Of a DNA stretch of 64,000 nt, positions 1 through 9,792 are shown piece by piece; positions within the stretch are counted from its first letter, which is position 1, and the number at the start of each line of letters is the position of its first letter. This DNA comes from Nitrosomonadales bacterium (GTDB lineage: Bacteria > Pseudomonadota > Gammaproteobacteria > Burkholderiales > Gallionellaceae): positions 23,689 to 87,688 of the forward strand of contig JACRAT010000034.1 in assembly GCA_016234685.1 (NCBI GenBank), written 5' to 3'. Made by a program: the position numbers and the translations under genes. The notes under the pieces were generated by a model that was not told the origin of the DNA, made no database searches, and was given only the letters and a program-made list of their open reading frames with translations.

Positions 1-970
1 CCATGTCGCTCATATCCGCCTCCGGCACAGAACGCCCCAATTGATATTGAGCCATCACCCGCACCGCATCCGGCAAGGTGCTGGCGCTGCCGTCATGGAA
101 ATAGGGGGGCGTCAACGCCACATTGCGCAAACCCGGCACCTTGAAAGCGTAGCGATCATCTTCCTGATGAGTCACGTTGTAGCGCCCCAGATCAGACTCA
201 GCCAGATGGCCGCGCGCCTGAAAGTAGTCGCCCATGATGCCCATCTTTTGATACATATTGCCGCCCAGATTGACCCCTTGATGGCAAGAGATACAGCCGT
301 AGGATTTGAACAGCTCATAGCCGTGGCGTGCCCTAGCCGTTATCGCCGCCGAATTGCCGCGCAGAAATTTATCGAAAGGAGCATTCGGCGTGATGAGTGA
401 ACGCTCGAAAGTCGCGATCGCATCCTTGACGTTCTCCGGCGTCAGCTTGTTGTGGTAAAGGCGGGCGAAGTCGGCCCGGTAATCCACATTCGCGCGCAAT
501 TTGTCCGTCACCTGTTTCCAGTTCGAGCCCATCTCCTTGGGGTGGTTGAGCGGCCCATCCACTTGGTCTTCCAACGTGGCGGCGCGACCATCCCAGAACT
601 GCACGAAGTTGAACCCACTATTGAACACAGTCGGTGTATTGATACTGCCCTCCGCTCCGTTGATGCCTATGGAATGCACGCGACTGTCAGCGCCGCCCTT
701 GCTCAGGGAGTGACAGCTGGAACACGCGATCGTATTGTCTGCCGACAGAATGGCATCGAAGAACAGCTTCCGTCCCAGCGCGACCTTGCCTGCATCCAGC
801 GCCAGACTTTGCGGAATGGGCTGAACATAATCAAAACTGCTGCCCACGGCAGACTGATCGGTCGCAGCCGAATCACTCACCGCCTCCGTTGTTTCTTGCC
901 CAGATCGTCCCCACGATGCCGCCAGCACCACACCGATCACGCCGAGCAGCACAAGCAAGCGCACTCGCAT
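1..970 (-). CDS. Di-heme cytochrome c peroxidase (CcpA/MauG family), 3' end runs off the window
   Basis: Not in the ORF track because it is open-ended. Manual translation from ATG at 970 gives a signal peptide MRVRLLVLLGVIGVVLAA, LGRKLFFD..LS, two heme motifs (CSSCH, CISCH), QFWDGRA, FKVPGLRNVALTAPYFHDGS and VRVMAQYQLG. Confidence 0.92.
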   Translation of the reverse strand, partial: MRVRLLVLLGVIGVVLAASWGRSGQETTEAVSDSAATDQSAVGSSFDYVQPIPQSLALDAGKVALGRKLFFDAILSADNTIACSSCHSLSKGGADSRVHSIGINGAEGSINTPTVFNSGFNFVQFWDGRAATLEDQVDGPLNHPKEMGSNWKQVTDKLRANVDYRADFARLYHNKLTPENVKDAIATFERSLITPNAPFDKFLRGNSAAITARARHGYELFKSYGCISCHQGVNLGGNMYQKMGIMGDYFQARGHLAESDLGRYNVTHQEDDRYAFKVPGLRNVALTPPYFHDGSASTLPDAVRVMAQYQLGRSVPEADMSDM

Positions 971-971
971 C

Positions 972-2006
972 TCACTCGTCATTGAACCGCTCCCGAATCG
1001 CCAACACCTTATCCCAATCCCTTACGAACACCTCGACACAGCGGGGATCGAAATGTCTGCCGCTCCATTCTCGCAAGAAATTGACGGCATCATCCAAGCT
1101 CCAAGCCCTTTTGTACGGGCGCTCCGAGGTCAGCGCATCGAACACATCCGCCACCGCCACGATGCGCCCGAACAAGGGAATCTCTTCTCCCGTCAAACTG
1201 CGCGGATAGCCCGTACCGTCGAATTTCTCATGGTGAGTCCAGGCGATCTCCGCCGCCACCTGCAACAGCGAAGATTTCGCCTCCACCAGAATCTGGTAGC
1301 CTATCGTGGTGTGCCGCTTCATGATCTCGAACTCGGCATAATCCAGCTTGCCCGGCTTGAGCAGAATCATATCCGGCGTAGCAACCTTGCCGATGTCGTG
1401 CATGGGCGCGGCCTCGAACAGCAAATCCTGCGCCTCGCGCGGCAACCCCAAGTTGGCCGCGATGTGGCGCGAGTAATGCGCCATACGCATGATGTGCCCT
1501 CCCGTCTCGGGGTCGCGGTACTCTGCCGCCCGCGCCAGACAGAAGATAGTCTCGCGCTCGCGCATCACGATCTCGGCGGTCGCCTTACTCACCTCTTCCG
1601 CCAACCAGTCCGCCCGACTCGCCAGATGTTTGTGACTCTGACGCAAGGCCAGCATATTGCGCGCCCGTGCCAGAAATTCCGTGCGATCCACCGGCTTGGT
1701 CAGAAAATCGTTCGCCCCAGCCTGCAAAGCCTGATAGCGCACTTCGGTTTCGTGGTCAGCCGTCACCATCAACACGGGAACCTCTTCGCAACCCGGCATC
1801 TGACGGAACAGCTTGAGAAAGTCGATCCCGCTGATCTCGGGCATCATGTAATCCAGCAGCACCAGATCCGGTTGATTTTCGTGGCACCATTCCAAGGCTT
1901 GGGCCGGAAACTCGAAAGTAAACGGGATGCAGCCCTCGATCTTGCCCACCAAGGTTTTGAGCAACAGCAGATTGATGGGTGTGTCGTCAACGATCAGTAT
2001 TTTCAT
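972..2006 (-). CDS. Response regulator with HD-GYP c-di-GMP phosphodiesterase domain (RpfG-like)
   Basis: N-terminal REC (ILIVDD...DLVLLDYMMP), then HDIGK, HHEKFDGTGYP and VADVFDALTSERPYK. Confidence 0.95.
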   Translation of the reverse strand: MKILIVDDTPINLLLLKTLVGKIEGCIPFTFEFPAQALEWCHENQPDLVLLDYMMPEISGIDFLKLFRQMPGCEEVPVLMVTADHETEVRYQALQAGANDFLTKPVDRTEFLARARNMLALRQSHKHLASRADWLAEEVSKATAEIVMRERETIFCLARAAEYRDPETGGHIMRMAHYSRHIAANLGLPREAQDLLFEAAPMHDIGKVATPDMILLKPGKLDYAEFEIMKRHTTIGYQILVEAKSSLLQVAAEIAWTHHEKFDGTGYPRSLTGEEIPLFGRIVAVADVFDALTSERPYKRAWSLDDAVNFLREWSGRHFDPRCVEVFVRDWDKVLAIRERFNDE

Positions 2007-5000
2007 GTCGCACTTTTCCGATAAGCGGCCACATCCAGTTCCACCAATTTGAACAGTCTTTCCAGCGCGTCAAATTCGTCCGCCACTTGCTCCCAAGCGC
2101 CTTTGCCTGCATTCCGCTCGATCTTTTCCGCCAGCGTCGCCATCTTGCGCAACCCCAGATTGGCACTGGCACCTTTCAACTCATGCGCCAGAGCCAGCGC
2201 CCGACCTGCCTGCTGCTGTTCACTCGCCGCGTGCAACTGCGCCAACAACTCGGCCGTCGAACTGGCGAAGACTTCCATCAATTCGCAAAGCGCATCCTTG
2301 TCGCCAAAAAGATCGAGCAGCCGCTCCCAATCCGGCGCATCGCGCTCCTCTTGCCCGGCTTGGGCGACCCAGCGCTCCAGCACCTCGCGCATCCGCGCCG
2401 GGTCGATGGGCTTGCTGAGATAATCATCCATCCCCGCCTCCAGACAGCGCTCCCGGTCGCCCTGCATCGCGTTCGCCGTCATGGCGACGATAGGGCGGCG
2501 CATCTTGCCCTGCTCGGCCAGACGGATCGCCCGCGTCGCTTCGAAGCCATCCATCACCGGCATCTGGCAATCCATCAGAATCAGGGTGTACGGCACGGTC
2601 TGCGCCATCGCCACCGCCTCTTCGCCGTTGGTCGCCAACTTCACCGCATAACCCAACTTACCGAGCTGGTACTGCGCCAGACGCTGGTTCACCGCATTAT
2701 CTTCCACCAGCAAGATCAGTTTTTCGGACTTGGCTGCGACGGGCGGCATCGCCACCGAAGCAGCGGCCTCCAGCACGGCGACCACTCCCCCCGCCGTCGC
2801 CTCCTCGACCTCACGCGCCAAGGCATCGTACAGCTCAGACTGTCGCACCGGTTTGGTCAAGCAGATCGAGAAACCCGCCGCGTGGGCTTGCTGCATCAGA
2901 TTGCGCTGGTCGAAAGCGGTCAGCAACACCAAGCGGGTGCGGGTGAATTGCGGATCATCGTGCAGCATCTTGCCCAAGGTCACACCATCCATGCCGGGCA
3001 TGGAGTAATCGACGATGGCCACATCGAACGGCGTGCCTGCCTCCACCGCGCGACGCATCAGGAGCAAGCCTTGCTCGGCATCGACCGCAGATTCGCCGTA
3101 CATTCCCCATGAGTGCAGATAGTGATGCAATATCTCGCGGTCGATAGGCTGATCGTCCACCACCAGCACACGCAAATCACGCATCTGGCTGATGGGCTTG
3201 ACTGGTTGCAACTCGTGATCTGAAGCGATCAGCGGCAGTCTGACCCAAAAAGTCGAGCCTACACCGACCTCGCTCTCCACACCGATCTCGCCGCCCATCA
3301 GCTCGACCAGCCGCTTGGAGATCGCCAGCCCCAGCCCCGTACCGCCATATTTGCGAGTGGTCGAGCTATCCGCCTGAGTGAAGGCCTGAAACAGCCCGGC
3401 TTGGGTCTGGATCGACATGCCGATACCGCTGTCCTGCACCTCGATGCGGAGATGGCCTTCACTGACATCGCGTAGCGCGCGCACCACCACCATGCCGCGC
3501 TCGGTGAACTTCACCGCGTTGCCGACCAGATTCACCAGCACCTGCCGCAGACGGGTCGGATCGGCGCGCACCAAGGACGGCAGGCTCGGGTCGATGAACG
3601 TCATCATCGAAACCTGTTTTTCCTGCGCCTTGAGCGCCAGAAGTTCAGCGACTCCCTCAACCACACGCACCAGCGCACAATCGGTGGCCTCGATCTCCAT
3701 TTTGCCCGCTTCGACCTTGGAGAAATCCAGAATGTCATTGATGATGGTCAGCAGCGATTGCGCAGAATCACGCACCGCCACGGCGAACTCCTGCTGCTCA
3801 CCACGCAAGTCCGTGTCGAGCAGCAGATCGGTCATCCCGATGATGCCGTTCATCGGCGTACGTATCTCGTGACTCATAGTCGAGAGGAATTCCGACTTCA
3901 TGCGCGAAGCCCTGAGCGCCTGATCGTGCGCCTCGCGCAAAGCCTCCTCGGCCTGACGGCGCAGGCTGATGTCGCTCAACACGCCGATGTAGTGCGTCAG
4001 GTGATCGTTCTCGTCCCGCACCGGCGCGACCTGCACTTCGACATCGAAACTGGAGCCATCCTTGCGATAATAGACGTTCTCCATGCTGTGCCCGTCACCG
4101 CGACGCATGGTTTCGCACATCATATCCAGCTTGTCGATGTCGGTACGCGGGCCGCGCAGGAATTCCCGCGCAGGTCTGCCGATCACCTCGTCCACCTGAA
4201 AACCGGTCATCCTGACGAAACCTTCGTTCACGTGCTCGATCTTCGAGTGTTCGCCGGCAAGCGGTACGCTACTGATGAGGATGCCCTGATTGATGCTGTC
4301 CACCGCCATCGAAACCAGTTTCAATCGAGTGCGGATGCGCGATTCCTCGGTGATGTCGCGCTTGATGGCCACAAAATGAGAGACCACGCCTTGCTCCATG
4401 ATGGGCGTGATGGTCATCTGTTCGAAATACAGGCCGCCATCCTTGCGGCGATTCACCAGTTCGCTTTCCCAGACCTTGCCGGCCAACACGGTGGCCCACA
4501 GATTCTGGTAGAAAGCTCGATCCTGCTTGCCTGAATTAAGCAGGCGGGAGTGCTGCCCGATCACCTCGTCGGCCTGATAGCCGGTCACGGCAGTGAATGC
4601 GGGATTGACGTAGCGGATGTAGCCCTGCACATCCGCGATGATGATCATATTGGCGGCGCTATCCAGCGCGGCCTGCTGAAGACGAATCTTGGATTCAGCC
4701 TCTTGCTGACGGGTGACGTCTTGAAAAGAGACCAGCGAACCGAAGGTCTCGCCATCGCGCACCAGAGGCTGGGCGCGGTAAGACACCGGCACAAACTGCC
4801 CGGCTTGATTGATGAAATGACTCTTGCCTTCCACCCCTTTTTCCGTGTCATAGACTTCCAACAAAGGGCAGGTCTCCGCAGGGAACGCCGAACCGTCCGG
4901 GTGATGGTGATGAATGTTCTGATGCACCTTCTGCCCGATAAGATCGGACTCCCGGTAGCCCAGTATCACCTCGGCAGCCGAGTTCATAAAGGTCATCCGC

Positions 5001-5263
5001 CCATCCATATTGGTCGCATACACCCCGTCGCTCAGGGTATTCAACATGGTGCGCGTCAACTCGGCGTTCTGCTCACGCAGCTTCTCGTTCACCTCGTTCA
5101 GTTCCGAGGTATTCACCTGAAGCGCGTTCTCCAGCAACACGCGCTCTTGGTCGATCTCCTGATAATAGCCGTCTATCGCTAAGACAAAAGACGCCAGTGC
5201 GCCATCCGGCTCGAAGTCCTTGCCGAAATGACGTTGCAGTTGCCGCTTGAGCAATCGATGCAT
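2003..5263 (-). CDS. Cytoplasmic hybrid histidine kinase: 3 PAS, HisKA, HATPase, 2 REC, Hpt
   Basis: [16 protein letters not shown]-box, GGTGLGL, two receiver domains, C-terminal AHELKGAS Hpt; no transmembrane segment. Confidence 0.95.
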   Translation of the reverse strand: MHRLLKRQLQRHFGKDFEPDGALASFVLAIDGYYQEIDQERVLLENALQVNTSELNEVNEKLREQNAELTRTMLNTLSDGVYATNMDGRMTFMNSAAEVILGYRESDLIGQKVHQNIHHHHPDGSAFPAETCPLLEVYDTEKGVEGKSHFINQAGQFVPVSYRAQPLVRDGETFGSLVSFQDVTRQQEAESKIRLQQAALDSAANMIIIADVQGYIRYVNPAFTAVTGYQADEVIGQHSRLLNSGKQDRAFYQNLWATVLAGKVWESELVNRRKDGGLYFEQMTITPIMEQGVVSHFVAIKRDITEESRIRTRLKLVSMAVDSINQGILISSVPLAGEHSKIEHVNEGFVRMTGFQVDEVIGRPAREFLRGPRTDIDKLDMMCETMRRGDGHSMENVYYRKDGSSFDVEVQVAPVRDENDHLTHYIGVLSDISLRRQAEEALREAHDQALRASRMKSEFLSTMSHEIRTPMNGIIGMTDLLLDTDLRGEQQEFAVAVRDSAQSLLTIINDILDFSKVEAGKMEIEATDCALVRVVEGVAELLALKAQEKQVSMMTFIDPSLPSLVRADPTRLRQVLVNLVGNAVKFTERGMVVVRALRDVSEGHLRIEVQDSGIGMSIQTQAGLFQAFTQADSSTTRKYGGTGLGLAISKRLVELMGGEIGVESEVGVGSTFWVRLPLIASDHELQPVKPISQMRDLRVLVVDDQPIDREILHHYLHSWGMYGESAVDAEQGLLLMRRAVEAGTPFDVAIVDYSMPGMDGVTLGKMLHDDPQFTRTRLVLLTAFDQRNLMQQAHAAGFSICLTKPVRQSELYDALAREVEEATAGGVVAVLEAAASVAMPPVAAKSEKLILLVEDNAVNQRLAQYQLGKLGYAVKLATNGEEAVAMAQTVPYTLILMDCQMPVMDGFEATRAIRLAEQGKMRRPIVAMTANAMQGDRERCLEAGMDDYLSKPIDPARMREVLERWVAQAGQEERDAPDWERLLDLFGDKDALCELMEVFASSTAELLAQLHAASEQQQAGRALALAHELKGASANLGLRKMATLAEKIERNAGKGAWEQVADEFDALERLFKLVELDVAAYRKSAT

Positions 5264-5273
5264 GATCTTTCGC

Positions 5274-6380
5274 TTATTCGTAGAGAGTGGTCAGCGTCAT
5301 GGTCTGGTTGTGCAACTGACATTGCAGCACATCGCTGAACGGGGCCAGCTCGCCGTAAGAGTAGAAGCCGGTGATGGCGGTATTGTCGCCCAACTTCTCG
5401 CGCACGATCTCCAACTCGTCTTCGGTCAACTGCCCAAGCACCAGCCGTCGCCCGACACAACTCACCACCAGACACAGACCAGCCGCCCCCACCGCCGCCG
5501 GGCGGGCTGCCTCTGCCGCCAAACCTGCGTTGTCGATCAGGCTATCCAGATTGGTACGCATCAGTTTGCACAGATGCCCCTGCGGCACATCGCCTGCGAA
5601 GGTCAGACTGCGCGCATCCTCGTCCACCGCCAGCAAGGTGCGGATCAGCGCAGCGCTATCGCGGTCGGCCTGCACGCTCAAAGGGAAACGCAAGCCGCTG
5701 CTGGGCAGACTCTGCGCTTGTTCACCCAGATACTTTTTGTAGAGATCAAGTGCAGGCTGATGGTCGATCTCATAGACCACATTCCCCTCCGACTTGGTCA
5801 CCACCCGCTCCGCGCCGAACTCCTGCCAACCCGCGAAACATCCGCTCTTAACCGCCACCTCGCCGTAGAAGCCGACCGCCACGATGCACCCCGAGCGGGC
5901 CGGCGCATCGGCCATCACCCAAGTCTTGCCGAAGCGCGTGCCGTCGCCCGCCAAGCCGCCCGTCACCGAGATGCCCGCCTGATTCAGCCCTTGAGCTAGG
6001 TCGCTACCGTTGACCTGCAAGCCATCGGACAACACAAAGACATGGCGCAAACCCTCGCCCTGCAACTGCGCCATCAGCGCCGCCCCGACCTCGCGCACGT
6101 TCGCGCCCGCAGCCAGATCGGCCACGGCGAGACGTACACTGCTACGCTCGAATTTGACGGCAGTCGCCACCACATCGCCATCCGAAATACGGGTATCCAG
6201 CACACTGCCCGAGGAAGAGCAACCGACGATGCGCGCACTGGGAAAGCGTTCGCGCAACTGCACGTAGCACTCATCGGTTTGAAAGAAGTCGTTGTCAGCG
6301 AACGCCAGCACCAGATCCGCATCGCTTGCGGCATCACTCCAACCTGATTGATCAGACCAACGGATTTGCTCGATGTGCAT
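5274..6380 (-). CDS. FIST N/FIST C signal transduction protein (NosP-like)
   Basis: IVGCSSSG, VLSDGL..NG, TGGLAGDG, SCVGR and GFYSYGE..P...LHNQTMT motifs of FIST proteins. Confidence 0.92.
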   Translation of the reverse strand: MHIEQIRWSDQSGWSDAASDADLVLAFADNDFFQTDECYVQLRERFPSARIVGCSSSGSVLDTRISDGDVVATAVKFERSSVRLAVADLAAGANVREVGAALMAQLQGEGLRHVFVLSDGLQVNGSDLAQGLNQAGISVTGGLAGDGTRFGKTWVMADAPARSGCIVAVGFYGEVAVKSGCFAGWQEFGAERVVTKSEGNVVYEIDHQPALDLYKKYLGEQAQSLPSSGLRFPLSVQADRDSAALIRTLLAVDEDARSLTFAGDVPQGHLCKLMRTNLDSLIDNAGLAAEAARPAAVGAAGLCLVVSCVGRRLVLGQLTEDELEIVREKLGDNTAITGFYSYGELAPFSDVLQCQLHNQTMTLTTLYE

Positions 6381-6539
6381 GTCTAAGCTCCCTGTTTAGG
6401 GCCGCATCCCTAACCGGGATGGCGATCCTGCTGCTGAGTGGATCTTGTTTCCGGCTATTCGGAGACTTCCTCTTGAACGAGGAAGCCGTCGCGAGGGAAC
6501 AATGCCTCCGAATCACCGCAAGGTCAAGGCCCTAATCGC

Positions 6540-7202
6540 TCAACGGCGGGATGCTCCCGGCTTAACGGCAAGCGCCTCGCACAGCGCCGGACACGGCAAG
6601 CCGTCGCCATCCTCGTCCAGTGCCCGCACCCCGCAATGAGAGAGATAAAAATGGGCCTCGTCGCAGGAACGCATCTGCACGCAGCGATGCTTGCTGCCGC
6701 AGGTAAAATCATGCGGCGCAACGACAGGCGCAGGAGCTGAGGAATGCATTTTGCGCCACTGCCAAGGCGACGTCGGAGTCGCCTGCGCCCACAAGCCGCG
6801 TCGCGCCGCCCGCGCATCTTGCTGCAAGGCGCGCAGCTCGGGATTGCTGTGTTTGAACGCGTATTCCCACGCCATCCCGCGCCGCACCTGCTCGGCGTTC
6901 AGGTCGCGCCCCTCCAGCCGCAGTTGCGCCACGATGCGCCCGTATTTATCGACCGCCCGCGTACTGACGCGCACCTCGCGCCGCAAGGCCAGCTCGACCA
7001 GCGATTGTTTGGAAGACTGTCCATAGCGCTGATCCTTCTCCGGCGCGTCGATGTCGGCCAACCGCACCTTCACCGGACGATTGCCGCGCAGCACCAGCAC
7101 CGTATCACCATCCAGCACGGCGATGACTTTGGCATTGAAGTCCTGCGCCGCCGCCAGCAGCGGGAGCAGCAGGCAGACGACACCGGCGAATGTGCGGATC
7201 AA
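6540..7202 (-). CDS. Secreted thermonuclease (SNase family) with C-terminal Excalibur Ca-binding domain
   Basis: Signal peptide, VLDGDT, VRLADIDAPE, DKYGR, RRGLW; C-terminal C..M.SC.EA...LDEDGDGLPC. The TTG start at 7202 overlaps the pgpA stop; the ORF track extends to GTG 7229. Confidence 0.88.
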   Translation of the reverse strand: MIRTFAGVVCLLLPLLAAAQDFNAKVIAVLDGDTVLVLRGNRPVKVRLADIDAPEKDQRYGQSSKQSLVELALRREVRVSTRAVDKYGRIVAQLRLEGRDLNAEQVRRGMAWEYAFKHSNPELRALQQDARAARRGLWAQATPTSPWQWRKMHSSAPAPVVAPHDFTCGSKHRCVQMRSCDEAHFYLSHCGVRALDEDGDGLPCPALCEALAVKPGASRR

Positions 7203-7699
7203 AGGAAGAATTTCACCACCGCCAGACACAGCAGGGTGTAGCCCGCCGCGAGGATGTCATCGAACATCACGCCCAGCCCACCGTGCCAGTTGCTGTCGAA
7301 GTAGCGGATGGGCGGCGGCTTGAGGATGTCGAAAAAACGGAACAGCGAAAACGCCAGCAACTGCCAGAATAGGCCGTGCGGCGTAAAGAACAGCACCAGA
7401 GAGAACGCCACGATCTCGTCCCAGACGATACCGCCGTAATCCGACTCGCCCAGATCTCGCCCGGTCTTGCCGCAGGCCCATATCCCGAGCAGAAAAGCAC
7501 CCAGCAAGACGAACAGGAATTCGCCGTCCGAAAAACGCGGCGCATAGCTCCAATAAAGTGGGAACGCCATCAGCGTCCCCGCCGTACCCGGAGATTTGGG
7601 GAACAAACCACTGCCAAAGCCGAACGACAGCAGATGCGCCGGATGGCTGAAGATGAAACTCCAAGTCGGTTTCACCCGCAATTCATGCGAAGTGGTCAT
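7199..7699 (-). CDS. pgpA: Phosphatidylglycerophosphatase A
   Basis: [37 protein letters not shown]; follows thiL. Confidence 0.95.
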   Translation of the reverse strand: MTTSHELRVKPTWSFIFSHPAHLLSFGFGSGLFPKSPGTAGTLMAFPLYWSYAPRFSDGEFLFVLLGAFLLGIWACGKTGRDLGESDYGGIVWDEIVAFSLVLFFTPHGLFWQLLAFSLFRFFDILKPPPIRYFDSNWHGGLGVMFDDILAAGYTLLCLAVVKFFL

Positions 7700-8702
7700 A
7701 GCCGGACGCCTCCAATCTGATCTCGCCCCCCTCTGCCGCGCACACCACGCAGCCGGGGGCACTCTTAATCACGCCGATGCGGCTCAGCGGCAGCGTCAAA
7801 CGCTGCGCCAATTGCTCCACCTCGGCCCGACGCGCCTGCGGCGCGGTGAAACACAATTCGTAATCGTCGCCACCCGCAAGGATGCAGCGCGCCCGCAACT
7901 CCCCGCTCCCGCCGGGAGAGGGGGCAGGGGTGAGGGACGCAACGAGGGATCCTGCCGCCTCTCCGTCACGGGTGGGGAGGGAGCGTAGCACCGCCGACGA
8001 CGGCAACGCAGCGAACTCGATTTCTGCGCCCACCTGTGAACGCTCTAGAATGTGCCCCAGATCGGCCAGCAGACCGTCCGAAATGTCGATGGCGGCACTC
8101 GCCAAACCGCGCAATGCCTGCCCCAGCGCCAAGCGCGGCTGCGGCTGATGCAAAGCGGGCGCGCAAGCGGCGAATTGCGCCGCATCCAGCGTCACCCGCC
8201 CTTGCAGATGCGCCAGCGCCAGCGCGGCATCGCCCAATGCGCCAGACACCCAGATGTCGTCGCACGGCTTTGCGCCGTCGCGCCGCAAAGCCGTGCCGGA
8301 CGGCACTTCACCCATGATGGTCACGCTGAGATTGAGCGGCCCGCGCGTGGTGTCTCCGCCGATCAGCTCCACCCCGTGCGATTCGGCCAAGGCGAAGAAA
8401 CCGGAGGAGAAAGCCCGAAGCCAAGCCTCATCTTCACCCGGCAAAGATAAAGCCAGCGTCGCCCAACGCGGCACAGCGCCCATCGCAGCCAAGTCAGAAA
8501 GGTTCACCGCCAGCGTCTTGTGGCCCAGCAAAAAAGGCTCGGCATCGGGGAAGAAATGTGTACCGGACACCAGCATGTCGGTAGACACCGCCAACTCCAT
8601 GCCGGGCGCGACCCGCAACAACGCCGCATCGTCCCCAACCCCCAGCACCGCACTCGGCGTAGGACGGGTGAAATAACGAGCGATCAGGCTGAATTCAGAC
8701 AT
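7683..8702 (-). CDS. thiL: Thiamine-phosphate kinase
   Basis: [53 protein letters not shown]. Confidence 0.97.
   Translation of the reverse strand: MSEFSLIARYFTRPTPSAVLGVGDDAALLRVAPGMELAVSTDMLVSGTHFFPDAEPFLLGHKTLAVNLSDLAAMGAVPRWATLALSLPGEDEAWLRAFSSGFFALAESHGVELIGGDTTRGPLNLSVTIMGEVPSGTALRRDGAKPCDDIWVSGALGDAALALAHLQGRVTLDAAQFAACAPALHQPQPRLALGQALRGLASAAIDISDGLLADLGHILERSQVGAEIEFAALPSSAVLRSLPTRDGEAAGSLVASLTPAPSPGGSGELRARCILAGGDDYELCFTAPQARRAEVEQLAQRLTLPLSRIGVIKSAPGCVVCAAEGGEIRLEASGYDHFA
7898..7983. repeat. Palindromic repeat (CTCCCGCCGGGAGAGGGG..GGGGTGAGGG type) lying in frame inside thiL
   Basis: Hairpin ctccc-gcc-gggag followed by G-rich runs; encodes the low-complexity peptide [27 protein letters not shown]. 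Confidence 0.7.
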
Positions 8703-8765
8703 AAAGCAATTGGTAGCGGTTAGTCGCTAGTAAAAAAGCGCAAAGCAAACACTTCGACTAGCGAC

Positions 8766-9215
8766 TCATTTCGCCTTCACTTCAGCCGTGCGCAACTGCG
8801 CCGCCAGCTTGTCCAGCACGCCGTTGACGAACTTGTGGCCGTCAGTGCCGCCGAAAGTCTTGGCGAGTTCAACCGATTCGTTGATGACCACGCGATACGG
8901 TGTCTCGGGATGGTGGGCCAGTTCGTAAGTGCCGAGCAACAGCACGGAAAGCTCCACCGGGCTGAGCTCGTTCACTGCGCGATCCAGATGCGGTGCGATG
9001 GCCTCGACCAGCGAGTCGAAACGGTTCAGCACGCCGCGCAACAGGCCGCTGTAGAACTCGTCGTCATAGCGCCCGAGGCTCTTTTCCTCGCGCGTCATCC
9101 GCTCGATCTCGCCGATCTCTTCGCCGGACAAACGCCACTGGTAGATGCCTTGCAGCGCCAACTCACGGGCACGGCGGCGGGCGCTCTTGGGCGCGGGTTT
9201 CTTGGCTTCGCTCAT
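8766..9215 (-). CDS. nusB: Transcription antitermination factor NusB
   Basis: RRRARELALQGIYQW, VVINESVELAKTFG, HKFVNGVLD. Confidence 0.97.
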   Translation of the reverse strand: MSEAKKPAPKSARRRARELALQGIYQWRLSGEEIGEIERMTREEKSLGRYDDEFYSGLLRGVLNRFDSLVEAIAPHLDRAVNELSPVELSVLLLGTYELAHHPETPYRVVINESVELAKTFGGTDGHKFVNGVLDKLAAQLRTAEVKAK

Positions 9216-9667
9216 TATTTGATCTCTTTCAGCAGATTCGCCATTTCGATGGCGACCAGCGCAGCTTCCGCGCCCTTCACACTCATCCGCACTTCGGCTT
9301 GCTCGTCGGTGTCCGTGGTCAAAATCGCGTTGGCGATAGGCACGCCGCCGTGCAACTGCGCCTCTCCCACGCCGCGCGCCGATTCGTTCGACACCACCTC
9401 AAAGTGGTAGGTATCACCGCGTATCACTGCCCCCAGCGCGATCAGCGCATCGAACTTGCCGGTCTGCGCCATGCGCTGCAACACCAGCGGAATCTCCAAC
9501 GCGCCCGGCACCGTCGCCAGCATGATGTCGTCTTCGCTCACACCCTGCTGCACCAACTGCGCACGGCAAGCACCCAGCAAGCCTTCGCAGACCACTTCGT
9601 TGAAGCGGCTCTGCACGATGCCGATGCACATCCCCGCGCCGTTCAGGTTCTTTTCGATCTCTTTCAT
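9215..9667 (-). CDS. ribH: 6,7-dimethyl-8-ribityllumazine synthase
   Basis: [27 protein letters not shown]. Confidence 0.97.
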   Translation of the reverse strand: MKEIEKNLNGAGMCIGIVQSRFNEVVCEGLLGACRAQLVQQGVSEDDIMLATVPGALEIPLVLQRMAQTGKFDALIALGAVIRGDTYHFEVVSNESARGVGEAQLHGGVPIANAILTTDTDEQAEVRMSVKGAEAALVAIEMANLLKEIK

Positions 9668-9683
9668 CTTCCACTCCTAATAA

Positions 9684-9788
9684 GTAGGGTGCGCTTGCGC
9701 ACCCATCTTCAATCCCACGGTGCGCAAGCGCACCCTACAAAACTCCAAGCCCGTAGCGGGTAGCGAACCCGGGGTTACTACGGGCTAC
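9684..9788. repeat. GTAG-type REP doublet plus a second GTAG palindrome
   Basis: Perfect 20-bp inverted repeat gtagggtgcgcttgcgcacc (9684-9703) / ggtgcgcaagcgcaccctac (9719-9738), then agcccgtag...ctacgggctac (9748-9788). Confidence 0.85.
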
Positions 9789-9792
9789 AAGC

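Noticed and set aside
41-985. Plus-strand ORFs 41-400 and 452-985
   Set aside because: The real gene is the minus-strand di-heme peroxidase, which the track misses because it lacks a stop in the window.
4130-4200. LOV photoreceptor in the FIST-associated kinase
   Set aside because: The essential Cys of GRNCRFLQ is absent.
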